Below are positions 40,801 through 52,800 of a stretch of 64,000 bases of DNA, piece by piece. Numbering within the stretch: the stretch's first letter is position 1; every line of letters begins with the position of its first letter. Origin of the DNA: Mobula hypostoma (taxonomy: Eukaryota); contig NC_086097.1 in assembly GCF_963921235.1 (NCBI RefSeq), positions 97,714,001 through 97,778,000 of the forward strand, given 5' to 3'. Both the position numbers and the translations under genes were made by a program. The notes beneath the pieces are model-generated. The model saw nothing but the letters and a program-made list of their open reading frames with translations, did not search any database and was not told where the DNA came from.

Positions 40801-43800
40801 TGCCCTCAAGTTTACCTGGTCCATTTCCGACACCTCCCTCCCCTTTCTAGATCTTTCTGTCTCTGTCTCTGGAGACAGCTTATCCACTGATGTCTACTAT
40901 AAGCCTACTGACTCTCACAGCTATCTGGACTATTCCTCTTCTCACCCTGTCTCTTGCAAAAACGCCATCCCCTTCTCGCAATTCCTCCGTCTCCGCCGCA
41001 TCTGCTCTCAGGATGAGGCTTTTCATTCTAGGACGAGGGAGATGTCTTCATTTTTTAAAGAAAGGGGCTTCCCTTCCTCCACTATCAACTCTGCTCTTAA
41101 ACGCATCTCCCCCATTTCACGTACATCTGCTCTCACTCCATCCTCCCACCACCCCACTAGGAATAGGGTTCCCCTGGTTCTCACCTACCACCCCACCAGC
41201 CTCCGGGTCCAACATATTATTCTCCGTAACTTCCGCCACCTCCAACGGGATCCCACCACTAAGCATATCTTTCCCTCCCCCCTCTCTCTGCATTCCGCAG
41301 GGATCGCTCCCTACACAACTCCCTTGTCCATTCGTCCCCCCCATCCCTCCCCACTGATCTCCCTCCTGGCACTTATCCGTGTAAGCGGAACAAGTGCTAC
41401 ACATGCCCTTACACTTCCTCCCTTACCACCATTCAGGGCCCCAAACAGTCCTTCCAGGTGAGGCATCACTTCACCTGTGAGTCGACTGGGGTGATATACT
41501 GCGTCCGGTGCTCCCGATGTGGCCTTTTATATATTGGTGAGACCCGACGCAGACTGGGAGACCGCTTTGCTGAACATCTACGCTCTGTCCGCCAGAGAAA
41601 GCAGGATCTCCCAGTGGCCACACATTTTAATTCCACATCCCATTCCCATTCTGACATGTCTATCCACGGCCTCCTCTACTGTAAAGAGGAAGCCACACTC
41701 AGGTTGGAGGAACAACACCTTATATTCCGTATGGGTAGCCTCCAACCTGATGGCATGAACATTGACTTCTCTAACTTCCGCTAGGCCCCACCTCCCCCTC
41801 GTACCCCATCTGTTACTCTTTTTTATGCACACATTCTTTCTCTCACTCTCCTTTTTCTCCCTCTGTCCCTCTGAATATACCTCTTGCCCATCCTCTGGGT
41901 CACCCCCCCCCCCGTCTTTCTTCCCGGACCTCCTGTCCCATGATCCTCTCGTATCCCCTTCTGCCTATCACCTGTCCAGCTCTCGGCTCCATCCCTCCCC
42001 CTCCTGTCTTCTCCTATCATTTTGCATCTCCCCCTCCCCCTCCAGCTTTCAAATCCCTTACTCACTCTTCCTTCAGTTAGTCCTGACGAAGGGTCTCGGC
42101 CTGAAACGTCGACTGCGCCTCGTCCTATAGATGCTGCCTGGCCTGCTGCGTTCACCAGCAACTTTGATGTGTGTTGCTTGAATTTCCAGCATCTGCAGAA
42201 TTCCTGTTGTTTGTGTTTAAAGCTTATAACAGGCATTTTGAGCGACTATCTTAGCTCTGCAAACAACAGGGATGAAATTACAGGGACATTAAGGACATGA
42301 AAAGAATATTGGTAAAATGTATCCAAAATTTGATAAGTACTTAGAGAAATGCAGTGCAGAAACCGGCCCTATGACCCTGCAGGCCCAGCTGACTGAGGTT
42401 CTCATCCAAGCAGTCCAGTTGGCCCATATCCCTATCCTATCCTGTCACCTTTCCTATCATGTACCTGTCCAAGTTGTTGATGTATGTGCCTCAACCACTT
42501 CCTCTGGGAGCTCATTCCATGTACTGACCATCTTCTTGCGAAAAGGTTGCTGTTTGGGCTCCTAATAAATCTCTTCCCTCTCACCTTAAATCTATGTGCT
42601 CTAGTTCTTGAGTTCCCCAACTCTGAGAAAAAGATCATAAGCAGTAACTCATCTGTGACCCTCCTGATTTTACTCATTCTCCTGCACTCCAATGAAAGAA
42701 GTCTCAACCTGCTCAATGTCTCTCCATAACTCATACCTTGAGCCCTACCAACATCTATGTAAATCTCATTTGCACTCCTTCCAGATTAATAGCATCTTCC
42801 CAAAAGCATATACTGTTTATTTCAAAGGCAGCCTCACTAATGTATTTGGTGCATAAAGATGACTAAGGAAAAGAGTATGGCCTATTAAAGTTCTCTTTGG
42901 CATTTAGGAATGTGAACAGAGACTTAATTGAGATAGATGTTGGAAGGTGGGGATGACTGGTTTAGTAGGAAGGAGAGCAGAGGTACACAACCAGATGGAG
43001 TACATTTTATAAGCACTTGACAACAGGGTTTAAGGAGAAATGATGAAAACTACTTTCAGCTAAATAGTGATGGAAGTCTGGAATTGCTGCCTAGAAAGAC
43101 ACTGTCATCAGATTTAAACAGTATTTAGATGTGAACTTAAAGAGTCACGGCCCACATGGCTGTCAATCACATACTGGAAAATGGAATTAGTCTGGGTGGT
43201 CTTTTTCAGCAAGTTAAATAGTTTTCTGTGCTATAAATTTACAGTGATTCTGCTATCACTTGTCCATACCCCTCACACTCAGGGCTTTTGTTTTTCTTTT
43301 GAAGCTTTACAACTTCAGGCTGAAAACCTTGGGCTTCTGTGGACGCACAGAGAGAGCTTGGCTTTAGCTTTAAGGATGAGCGTACGTCCAGCTGATATCA
43401 GGATTGTCCACATGTGAGAGGCTTTATCAGAAGTCCTGATCAAAGTATTTTGTGCAGATGCTGGAATCTGAAGCAAAAAGTGACGACTAAGTTCAGCAGC
43501 ATCTCTGGAGGGAACACTGCCAGTCAGATAAAGGGCTCAACTTGAGATATTGCCTATCCATTTCCCTCCACAAATGTCACCTGAGTGCTGGATTCCTGTA
43601 GCAGTTGTATTTTGTGCAGAGTTGCCATTGTATAAAAGGCTGCAAGCTTATCATGCAGAGGGAGCTGTGTGTTGAACTGCCTTGTTGCATGCACCATACT
43701 AGAGCACCTGAGAGAAGGCCACTGCCTCCTCTCCAGCTAACTCAATGCTGACCTTTGCAATAGTGAGTATAGGCCTCAGGCGGCTCTCTGTGAGCAGTGG

Positions 43801-46800
43801 CCTTCTCTCAGGTGCTCTAGCATGGTGCATGCAACAAGGCAGTTCAACACACTGCTCCCTCTGCATGATAAGCTTGCACCCTTTTATACAAAGTGAGCCT
43901 GTGGAGATTGAGGGATGCACAACCAAGAAATGTGAAGCAGTTTACACAAGGACAGAAATTGTCGCATCCATTTCGTGGCGCTAATACTGTTTTCTTGATA
44001 TGAAAAATGTATAGTACCTTACAAGAAAATTAATTAGCACATAGATAAATCCACAGGGCCTGACAAGGTGTTCCCTCAGACTCTGTGGGAGGCAAGTGCA
44101 GAAATTGCCAAAGCCCTAGTGGAGATAGATAAATCATCTTTAGCGACATGTTATGTACCGGAGGAATGGAGGATGGCCAATGTTGTTCCGCTGTTTAAGA
44201 AAGGCTCTAAATATAAACTAGCAAATTATAGGCCGGTGAGCCTGATATCAGTTACTGCAAGGTATTCTGAGGGACCAGATATATAAGTATATATGGTTAG
44301 GAATGGTCAGCATGACTTTGTGCCTGGTAGCTCATGACTAACCAATCTTAGAGAATTTTTTGAGTAAGTTACCAGGAAAGTTGATGAAGGCAAGACAGTG
44401 GATATTGTCCACATGGACTACAGCAAAGCTCAGGCCTATCAACCCTGACTGGTAAAACACAATCATTATGGAAACAGCAAATAAGAATCCTACATCTAAT
44501 TGCGATGGTGTTCCTGGGTCTCCACCTGGGACTTGCGTGACTGACAGTAGTGAAAACTGGGAGAAAGCTGCTGACGTGATGATGGAAGCCACCAACACTG
44601 CCAGAGATGGAGGACATTCATTGCTGCCCTAATGGGCAGTAAGTAAGGACTTTAGCAGGCATTTGACAAGGTCCTGTATGGGAGGTTGCTCAAGAGGGTT
44701 CAGTCACTGGCATTCAAGATGAGGTAGTAAGTTGGATTAGGTGTTGACTTTGTGGTAGTACATGGTTGCCTCACTGATTGTGACCAGTGGAGTGCAGCAG
44801 GGATCAGTGCTAGGTCAGTTGTCGGTTGCCATCTTTGTCAATGATCTAGATGATAATGTGGGTAACTGGATCAGCAAATTTGCAACTAAGATTGGTGATG
44901 TAGTGGACAGAGATGAAAACTATCAAAGCTTGCAGCAACATCCGGACCAGCTGGAAAAATAGGCTGAAAATGGTAGAGGAATTTACTGCAGACTAGTGCG
45001 AGGTGTTACACTTAAGTAGGACCAACCAGGGTAGATCTTACACAGTGAATGGAAGGGCACTGAGAAGTGCTGTAGAAGAAAAGGATCTGGGAATACAGGT
45101 CCAAAATTCATTGAAAATGATGGCACAGGTAGATAGAACTATAAAGAAAGTTTTTGGCCTTCATAAATCAAAGTATTGAATTGAATTGACTATTTCTTAC
45201 ATTATGTCTGAATGTGCAATGAAAAAATTATAGTAATCTGTAATAAATAGTATGTACAGTAAGATATACAACACAACAGTCAATATAACATAGAAATACA
45301 ATTGTATCAGCATAAATTGATCAGTCTGATGGCCTGGTGGAAGAAGCTGTCCCAGAGCCTGGTCTTGGCTTTTATGCTGTGGTACCATCAGTTTGTGGTT
45401 GGGATGACTCGGGTCCCAAATAATCCTTCAGGCCCTTTTTACACACCCGTCGCTGTAAGTGTCCTGAATAGTGGGAAGTTCACATCCACAGATGTGCTGG
45501 GCTGTCCACACCACTCTCTGCAGAGCCCTGCGATTGAGGGAGGTACAGTTCCCATACCAGGCAGTGATGCAGCCAGTCAGGATGCTCTCAATTGTGCCCC
45601 TGTGGAAAGTCCTTAGGATTTGGGGACTCATGCCAAACTTCTTCAGCCTTCTGAGGTGAAAGAGGCGCTGTTGTGCTTTTTTCACCGCACAGCCATAATG
45701 TACAGTCAGACCCCAAGGAACTTGAAACTCTTCACCCTGTGAACCACAAATGCATTGATGTCAATAGGGGTGAGCCTTTCTCCATTCCTCCTGTAGTCCA
45801 CAACAAGCTCTTTTGTTTTTGCGACACTGGGGGAGAGGTTGTTTTCTTCACACCACTGTACTTGGGTGATAACTTCCTCTCTGTAGGCTGCCTCATTATT
45901 ATTTGAGATTAGGCCAATCAATGTAGTACAATCTGCAAATTTGATTAGCAGAGTGGAGCTGTGAGTGGCGACACAGTCATGGGTGTACAGAGAGTAAAGG
46001 AGGGGGCTTAGGACACAGCCCTGAGGGGCTCCTGTGTTGAGAGTCAGAGGGGCAGAGTTGAGGGAGTCCGCTCGTACAACCTGCTGGCGATCTGACAAGA
46101 AGTCCAGAATCCAGCTGCACAAGACAGAGTGAAGGCCGAGGTCTCTGAGCTTCTTGTCGAGCCTGGAGGGAATTATGGTGTTGAATGCTGAACTGTAGCC
46201 CAAGAACACCCTCCTTTCCAGATGTGTCGAGCTGTGACTATTGCGTCATCTGTCAGTTGGTTGTGTCAGTAGGCAAATTGTGGGGGGTCCAGTGTGGGTG
46301 GTAGCAAGCTGCAGATGTTGTCCTTGATCAGCCTCTCAAAGCATTTGCTTATTATTAGGGTGAGTGTGACAGGACACCAGTCATTCAGACATGTTACCTT
46401 GATCTTTTTAGGTACAGGGACAATGGTGGATGTTTTGAAACAGCAGGGCACTCTACAACAGGAGATGGGATGTTATGCTGAAGTTGCATGAGATGTTGGT
46501 GAGGCCTAATTTGGAGTATTGTGTGCAGATTTGGTTTGGTCGTGTACCTACAGGAAAGATGTAAGTAACGTTAAAGGAGAAGAGAACATTTACAAGGATG
46601 TTGCCAGGTCTGTAGGACCTGAGTTATAAGGAAAGATTGAATAGGTTAGGACCTTAGGCCCATAGAAGAGAGCGGGGTGATTTGATAGAGGTATACAAAC
46701 TTATGAGGGATATAGATAGGGTCGGTGAGACTGCAAATAGAGGTCATGGATTAAGGGTGAAAGGTGAAAAGTTTAAAGGGAGCATGAGGGGAAACTTCTT

Positions 46801-49800
46801 CACTCAGAGGGTTGTGAGAGTGTGGAACGAGCTGCCAGCACAAGTAGTCTATATGAGCCCGATTTCAACATTTAAGAGAAGTTTGGATAGGAACATGGAT
46901 GGTAGGGGTATGGAGGGTATGGTCCCGGTGCAGGTTGATGGGAATAGGCAGTTTAAATGGTTTGACATGTACTTGATGGGCCAAAGGGCCTGCTCCTGAG
47001 CTGTACTTTTCTATGACTATATGACATTGAAAAGGCGGGCCAATGGGCATTATTAGAGACAATGATAAATCTGCTTTGGGTGGTAGTGTAGCATGCAAGA
47101 GAATTTATTTCACAGCTGTTCCAAATGTTTTCAGGCTGGCTTAAGCTAATTGTCTGAAGCAGAACCAAGATGAAATAATTTAAATTCCTTTACCTTAGGT
47201 TTTACTTTGATGACAATAAGAACTTGTATTTTTATCGCATTTTAATGCAGCAGAATTTCATAAAACCTTTTCAAACAAAATTCATGCCCTTAAGCATTTT
47301 GAGTTTCAAAAGTCAAAGTAAATTTATTATCAAAGCGAATATCTGTCACCATGTACAACCCTGAGATTAATTTTCTTGCAGGCATACTCAGTAAGTTCAA
47401 GAACCATAATAGAATCAATGCAAGACTGTACCCAACAGCGCTGACAAACAACCAGTGGGCAAAATACAACAAATTGTGCAAATGCGAAAGAGGAAAGGAA
47501 GGAAGAAAGAAAGAAGTGGATGAATGGATAGATAGATAGATAAGCAATAAATATCGAGAACATGAGATGAAGAGTCCTTGAAAGTGAGTCCATAGGTTGT
47601 GGGAACAGTTCAGTGAAGTTGAGTGAAGTTATCCCCACTAGTTCAAGAGCATTGATGGTTGAGGGGTAATAAATGTTCCTAAACCTGGTAGTATGATTCC
47701 TGAGGCTCCTGTAGCTTCTTCCTGATGGCAGCAGCGAGAAGAGAGCATGGCCAGGGTTGTGAGGCTCCCTGATGATGGATGCTGCCTTCCTACGATAGTG
47801 CTCTGTGTAGATGTGCTCAATGGAGGGGAGAACTTTGCCCTTGATAGACTGGGTCATATCCACTATTTTTTGTAGGAATTACTGTTCAAGGGCATTGGTG
47901 TTTCCATACCAGGCCATAATGGCAAACGGTCAATATAGGTAGAGAGATATAAAGATTTAGAGAGGGAATTCCAAATTTTAACAGTGGTAACTGAATGCTT
48001 TGAAACTACTGGTAGATTTCAGATCCTCAAGAGGCCAAAATTGAAGAGGCATAGGTATAAGAGTGGAGTTGTTTGGTGGGGGCTGAAGAGAGGCAAAGTG
48101 GTAGTGTTGATGATGTTTTTGGCACTGAGGTTGTAATGTTGAGGAGGAGTGAGGGATTTGGAAACATGAATGAGAATCTTAAAATCTGAATGTCCGTTGA
48201 CGGGAAATTGATGTCCATCAGTAAACTTAGGTAATACGTGAACAAGAATCTGCAAGTTAGGATATGGACAACAGCTCTTAATTTCTGTGAAACTAAGGCA
48301 ACAGATCCTTATGGGCTGCTAACACAAGTAATTATTCTATTGGGTCCATGGCCTTCTCCCCATTTATTAAGTTAAATGTTTCTTTCATCAATGAAATGGT
48401 ACAGATGGTAGCTGTGCAGTAATGGTCAAGCATTTCATGTCAAAGTTTGAAGCTAGTAACAGATATGGTTTCCATGGAGACGATGTTTGTTCAATTTTGA
48501 AGCTGTTCCAGCACACAGGGCTGAATTCTGAACAAGGTGGTTTTAGAAGTTTTGGTTAGCCATGTTATGAATGTAAATGGTTCTCATTGTTCAATATTGT
48601 AACAGCAATGAAAATGAGTTCCATAATGAATTCAGCATTGCATTTGCAAAATAGACCCTTAGTCACTGAGCATCCAGATTAAATGAATATTGGAAGCCTT
48701 CAAAAAAAGTGAGTGCTTGTTGACAAACATAAAGCCAGCAAAGCCGCTTTCAACCATCTCATAAATACTCATTATTATTCAAAGGACACGAGCTGGCTTC
48801 ACATTATCAGAAGCTAGGATGACCAGCCTATATATTAATTGTATTACATTTTATTTGTCCCGATTTTTCAAACTTTCTGTCTGATGACCCTCACCATCAT
48901 GTGTTTAGAATGCATGAATGGAACTTGTATCTGTGTATACAGTATCAGCATGTACAGATAACATCTTTGCACACTGTAACCAGCATACACATATAAACAC
49001 TAAAGCATGACCCCCCACATACATATCCTGTTTTTAATATCTACTGAACTGCTGCCAGCAATTCTTCACTGCCCACATGCTGAGGTGTCGTGAGGAACTG
49101 CCAAGTCACGAAGGGGAAGTATTAACGAACCAGTCCTGACCTAGTGTTTGCCAAAGTTCTGCATTTCATTATTTTTATTTCATGCCTATGGCATTGTTAT
49201 ATTTACAAAGTATGTTGAGTCACAGGTGGATTTTTTAAGGGTTAGAGACTAGTTTTATTTGTCACATGTACATTGAAACATACAGTGAAGTGTGAAATTT
49301 GCGTCAATCAGATCAACGAGGATTGATTGGGCAGCCCACAAGGGTGGTCACGCTTCCAGCACCCACATAGCATGCCCACAACACTATCCCGAACCGTAAG
49401 TCTTTGGAATATGGGAAGAAAGCAGAGCACCTGAAAGGAACCCGTGCCGTCACAGGAAGTACGTACAAACTCCTTAGGTGCAGCGGCAGGAATTGAGCAA
49501 TGATCAGTGATCGCTGGCCCTGTAATAGTGTTATACAAAGCACTGTGCTACTAAGGCACTTGGGCTGGTTTAACAATTCATACTGATGGTATCAGAATGG
49601 GTTGATGGATTTGTTTGTCCTTCTAGGCCCACTGCAAAGCTCTTCCCTTCATCCTTCAGTCTTCAGGGATTTAAGATGCCAGTTTAAATCTTTTTACAAC
49701 TTATTACTCTCCTGCACACAGCGAGCCATGGTTCTTGCATATACCAATGTATAAATACTGTAGACTGCTGTCTTTGGTTCCATTCCTGCTGTGTGTTCCT

Positions 49801-52800
49801 GTCCTGATAACGGTGCATGTGTCTGGATGCAGTATCGCTTCCTAATCGAGAAGGAAAGGAAGATGAATGTGGAACACTGATATTACATATATGTAGCAGG
49901 AATGAATTTCATTGCTTAGTTGTCCTGTTAATTTTCAATGAAGTGTTCTCACTTTGTCCAATGTAAATTTATTATCAATTTAGCTGCAGGTTACCATATA
50001 CTATATTTCAGATTTATTTTCTTGCAGGCACTTACAAGGAAAAAAGAAATACAATAGCATTTTATGAAAATGTATACATAAACAGACAGATTACAAACAA
50101 CCAACATGCAAAATAATACAAACTATGCAAATAATACTGAGAACCTGAGTTATAAAGAGTCTTTGAAAATGAGGTTGTAGGTTAGAGTCTTTTCAGAATA
50201 TGGCGATTGAAGTTATCCACACTGGTTCAGGAGCCTGTTGGTTGTAGGTTAATAACTCCTCCTGAACCTGGTGGTGTAGAACCCAAGGTTTCTGTATCAA
50301 CTTCCCCAGCAGTACTGGTGAGAAGGGGGCATGACCTGGAGATGGTGGGGATCTTTGATGTTATTTTGGTAGTACTCCATGTAATCAGAGAGTGGAACAG
50401 TAGCGTAAGGCAAAAAAATTTAATTTGCTCAATGAACATTTATTTAAAGCGAGGAGAAAATGCACTAACTTAGAAACATAGAATGAAAGGAAGCAATTTG
50501 GTCCATCATGTCTGCTCCTGTTCTGTATCTGTACCAGAGCAACTTGCTAGGTGCATACCTGTTCTTTAGCCCATGCACTACCCCCGTCCTGATATGATCC
50601 CTTCTCTTGGTTGACTTCCCCTTTTATTTATTGAGATATAGCACGGAAAAGGCCCTTCAAGGTGCACTGCTCAGCAATCCCAGCTTTAACCCTAGTCTAA
50701 TCGCGGGACAAGGTACAATGACCAATTAACCATCTTGAGACTGTGGAAGGAAACTGGAGCACCCGGAGGAAACCCACGCAGTCAAAAGGAACGTACAGAA
50801 GCAGTGAGAATTGAACCCGGGTTGCTGGTACTGTTGCTAACCACTACACTACCATGCCGCCCCATTTAAGGCCACAGTGCAACCTGCATTTGTCACATCT
50901 GCAAATCCTGCATGCTGGATTCCAACACTGCTTTTCAAAAAATAAAGATTTTCCCCATGTCACCATCAATTTTCATCCTCTTTATACCTTTTCCTCTGGC
51001 ACCTGATTCCTCCACCAATAGCCATTCTGTACAGACCCATCATTATTTTAGATACTTCTAAATCTCCCTTAGGTCTTCAAAGAAATCAATTCCTGCTGCT
51101 GTAATTTGACCTGTTACTTCCAGTTTTAACACAGGAACCAATCTCTTTCCTGAATCTCTGTATAGAATCCTTAACAGCTGCATTAGTGCTGTATTAAAAT
51201 GCACACAATACTCCAGTTAAGGCTGAACCAGCATCTTGTGTAACTTTGGCAAGCCATATTTTCATACTCTATACTTCTGATAGGTCTAGTATGCATTGTT
51301 ACCTGCATTCTCGACCTATCCTGCCACTTTATATATTTTCTCTTCATTCTTCCTATCTAAATGCATCACTTACATTAAATTTTATTTGCTAAGTATCTGC
51401 AGATTCCACCATGCTGTAATTTATTACTATCCCCATCATCGTAGTTCACAATACTGCCAAGGTTTGTGTCATCTTCAAATTGAGAGATTGTGGCTTGCAC
51501 CCCAAGGCTGGGTCAGTAATACAGATCAAATATAGCAAAGGCTCTCATCATTATCATCATCAGGTGCCATACCCAGTTTCCATCTATTCTTACAGCGGCA
51601 GTTTGTTCCCAGTACAGATTTCTGATTAGGCGGAGGTCTTTCGAATCTAGATCTAAAGTTTTACAGTTTAGCAAAGGCTCTAAGGAATGCTATTAGTCAC
51701 CTTCCTCTATTTTGATCGTTTGTTATCTGAAATTTAACTAAGGTTATATCCATGTTATCAGTGTGCCTGCATGCCATGTGCTACAACTTTTCTAATAAGC
51801 CTTTTCTAATAATGTGGCATCTTTTCAAAAGAGCTGTGAAAGTCCATTGTACACACATCAATTACATTATCCTCATCAATTCTTGTCTGCTACCTCATCA
51901 AAAATTTCTGTCAAATTGGATAAACATGATGTGCCCTTAAGAAACCTGCATTGGTTTGCCTTAATTAACTTATTTGCTCCAGATGACTATCAATCCTGTC
52001 CCAGATTAATGTTTCTAACCACTTTCCCACTCCTGATCTTAAATTTGCTGCCCAGAAATTATTAAGTTTATGTTTACTCCCTTTTTTGAGCAAAGAAGTA
52101 ACTTACCCCATTTTCTAGTCAAAAGCTAATTTCTCCAGAAAAACACAATGATGAAAAATAGTTTTATATATAAGTTGTTTACAAAATAAATCTCTGTCAT
52201 AGCTGTATGATTTTGGAGAATTAATTGTTGATTGCATTCAATGACAATAGAGTGTCTTATTTTTATTTCCTTAGATTTTGAATGATCCAGTGGAAAACAT
52301 TTTCCCTTATTGACACCAACAATATAATTGAATGTTCTCATTGTGTCCACTTCCCCCCATGAGCTTGCACCAGTCCTATGAGTTTGATTTTGTTTCCTGC
52401 TACAACTGCACAGGGCACAGCCTCCTCTCTTGATGCCTACGTCCCATTTACCCCTACATGCCATCACTACCTCTCCTTGAGAGCAATTAATATTCGTTCA
52501 GTAATGCACATCTGGTAGGTGAAATCCACATCATTCACTGTTGCTGAGATAGTAGGAAGGGGGTGGTTGATTCATGTCTGACAGCAAAGAGCCATGATAG
52601 AGAGGTTTGAAGACTGAACTAGTCGTGGGAAATGTGAGTCATCAACCCAAGGACTAGGCAGGTGGGGTTGCTTTGCAAGTATCATGCCTGATTGTGGAGT
52701 GCTGAGTTTGAACTGTAAAGCAATGTGGTGGTCTAAAAGTGGCCTGTGGAAGCCATTGTTAAGCTTGCTTCCTTGCAACACACAAAAGCAGATGACAGTA

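Larger units (their letters stand above)
39258..42218 (+). mobile_element. Young Penelope-like element (RT + GIY-YIG), 5'-truncated with ~640-bp inverted arm, 13-bp TSD
   Basis: TSD AAAGCTTATAACA at 39247-39259 and 42219-42231; arm 39258-39895 is the near-identical reverse complement of 41535-42176. Confidence 0.95.
44040..47022 (+). mobile_element. CR1 RT/3' end carrying two nested insertions
   Basis: [40 protein letters not shown]; ends ttctatgactatatgac. Confidence 0.85.

Noticed and set aside
39258..42176. Inverted arms as DNA-transposon TIRs or an assembly artefact
   Set aside because: They enclose RT + GIY-YIG, have an asymmetric tail, small arm differences and a 13-bp TSD, and the architecture recurs in other copies.
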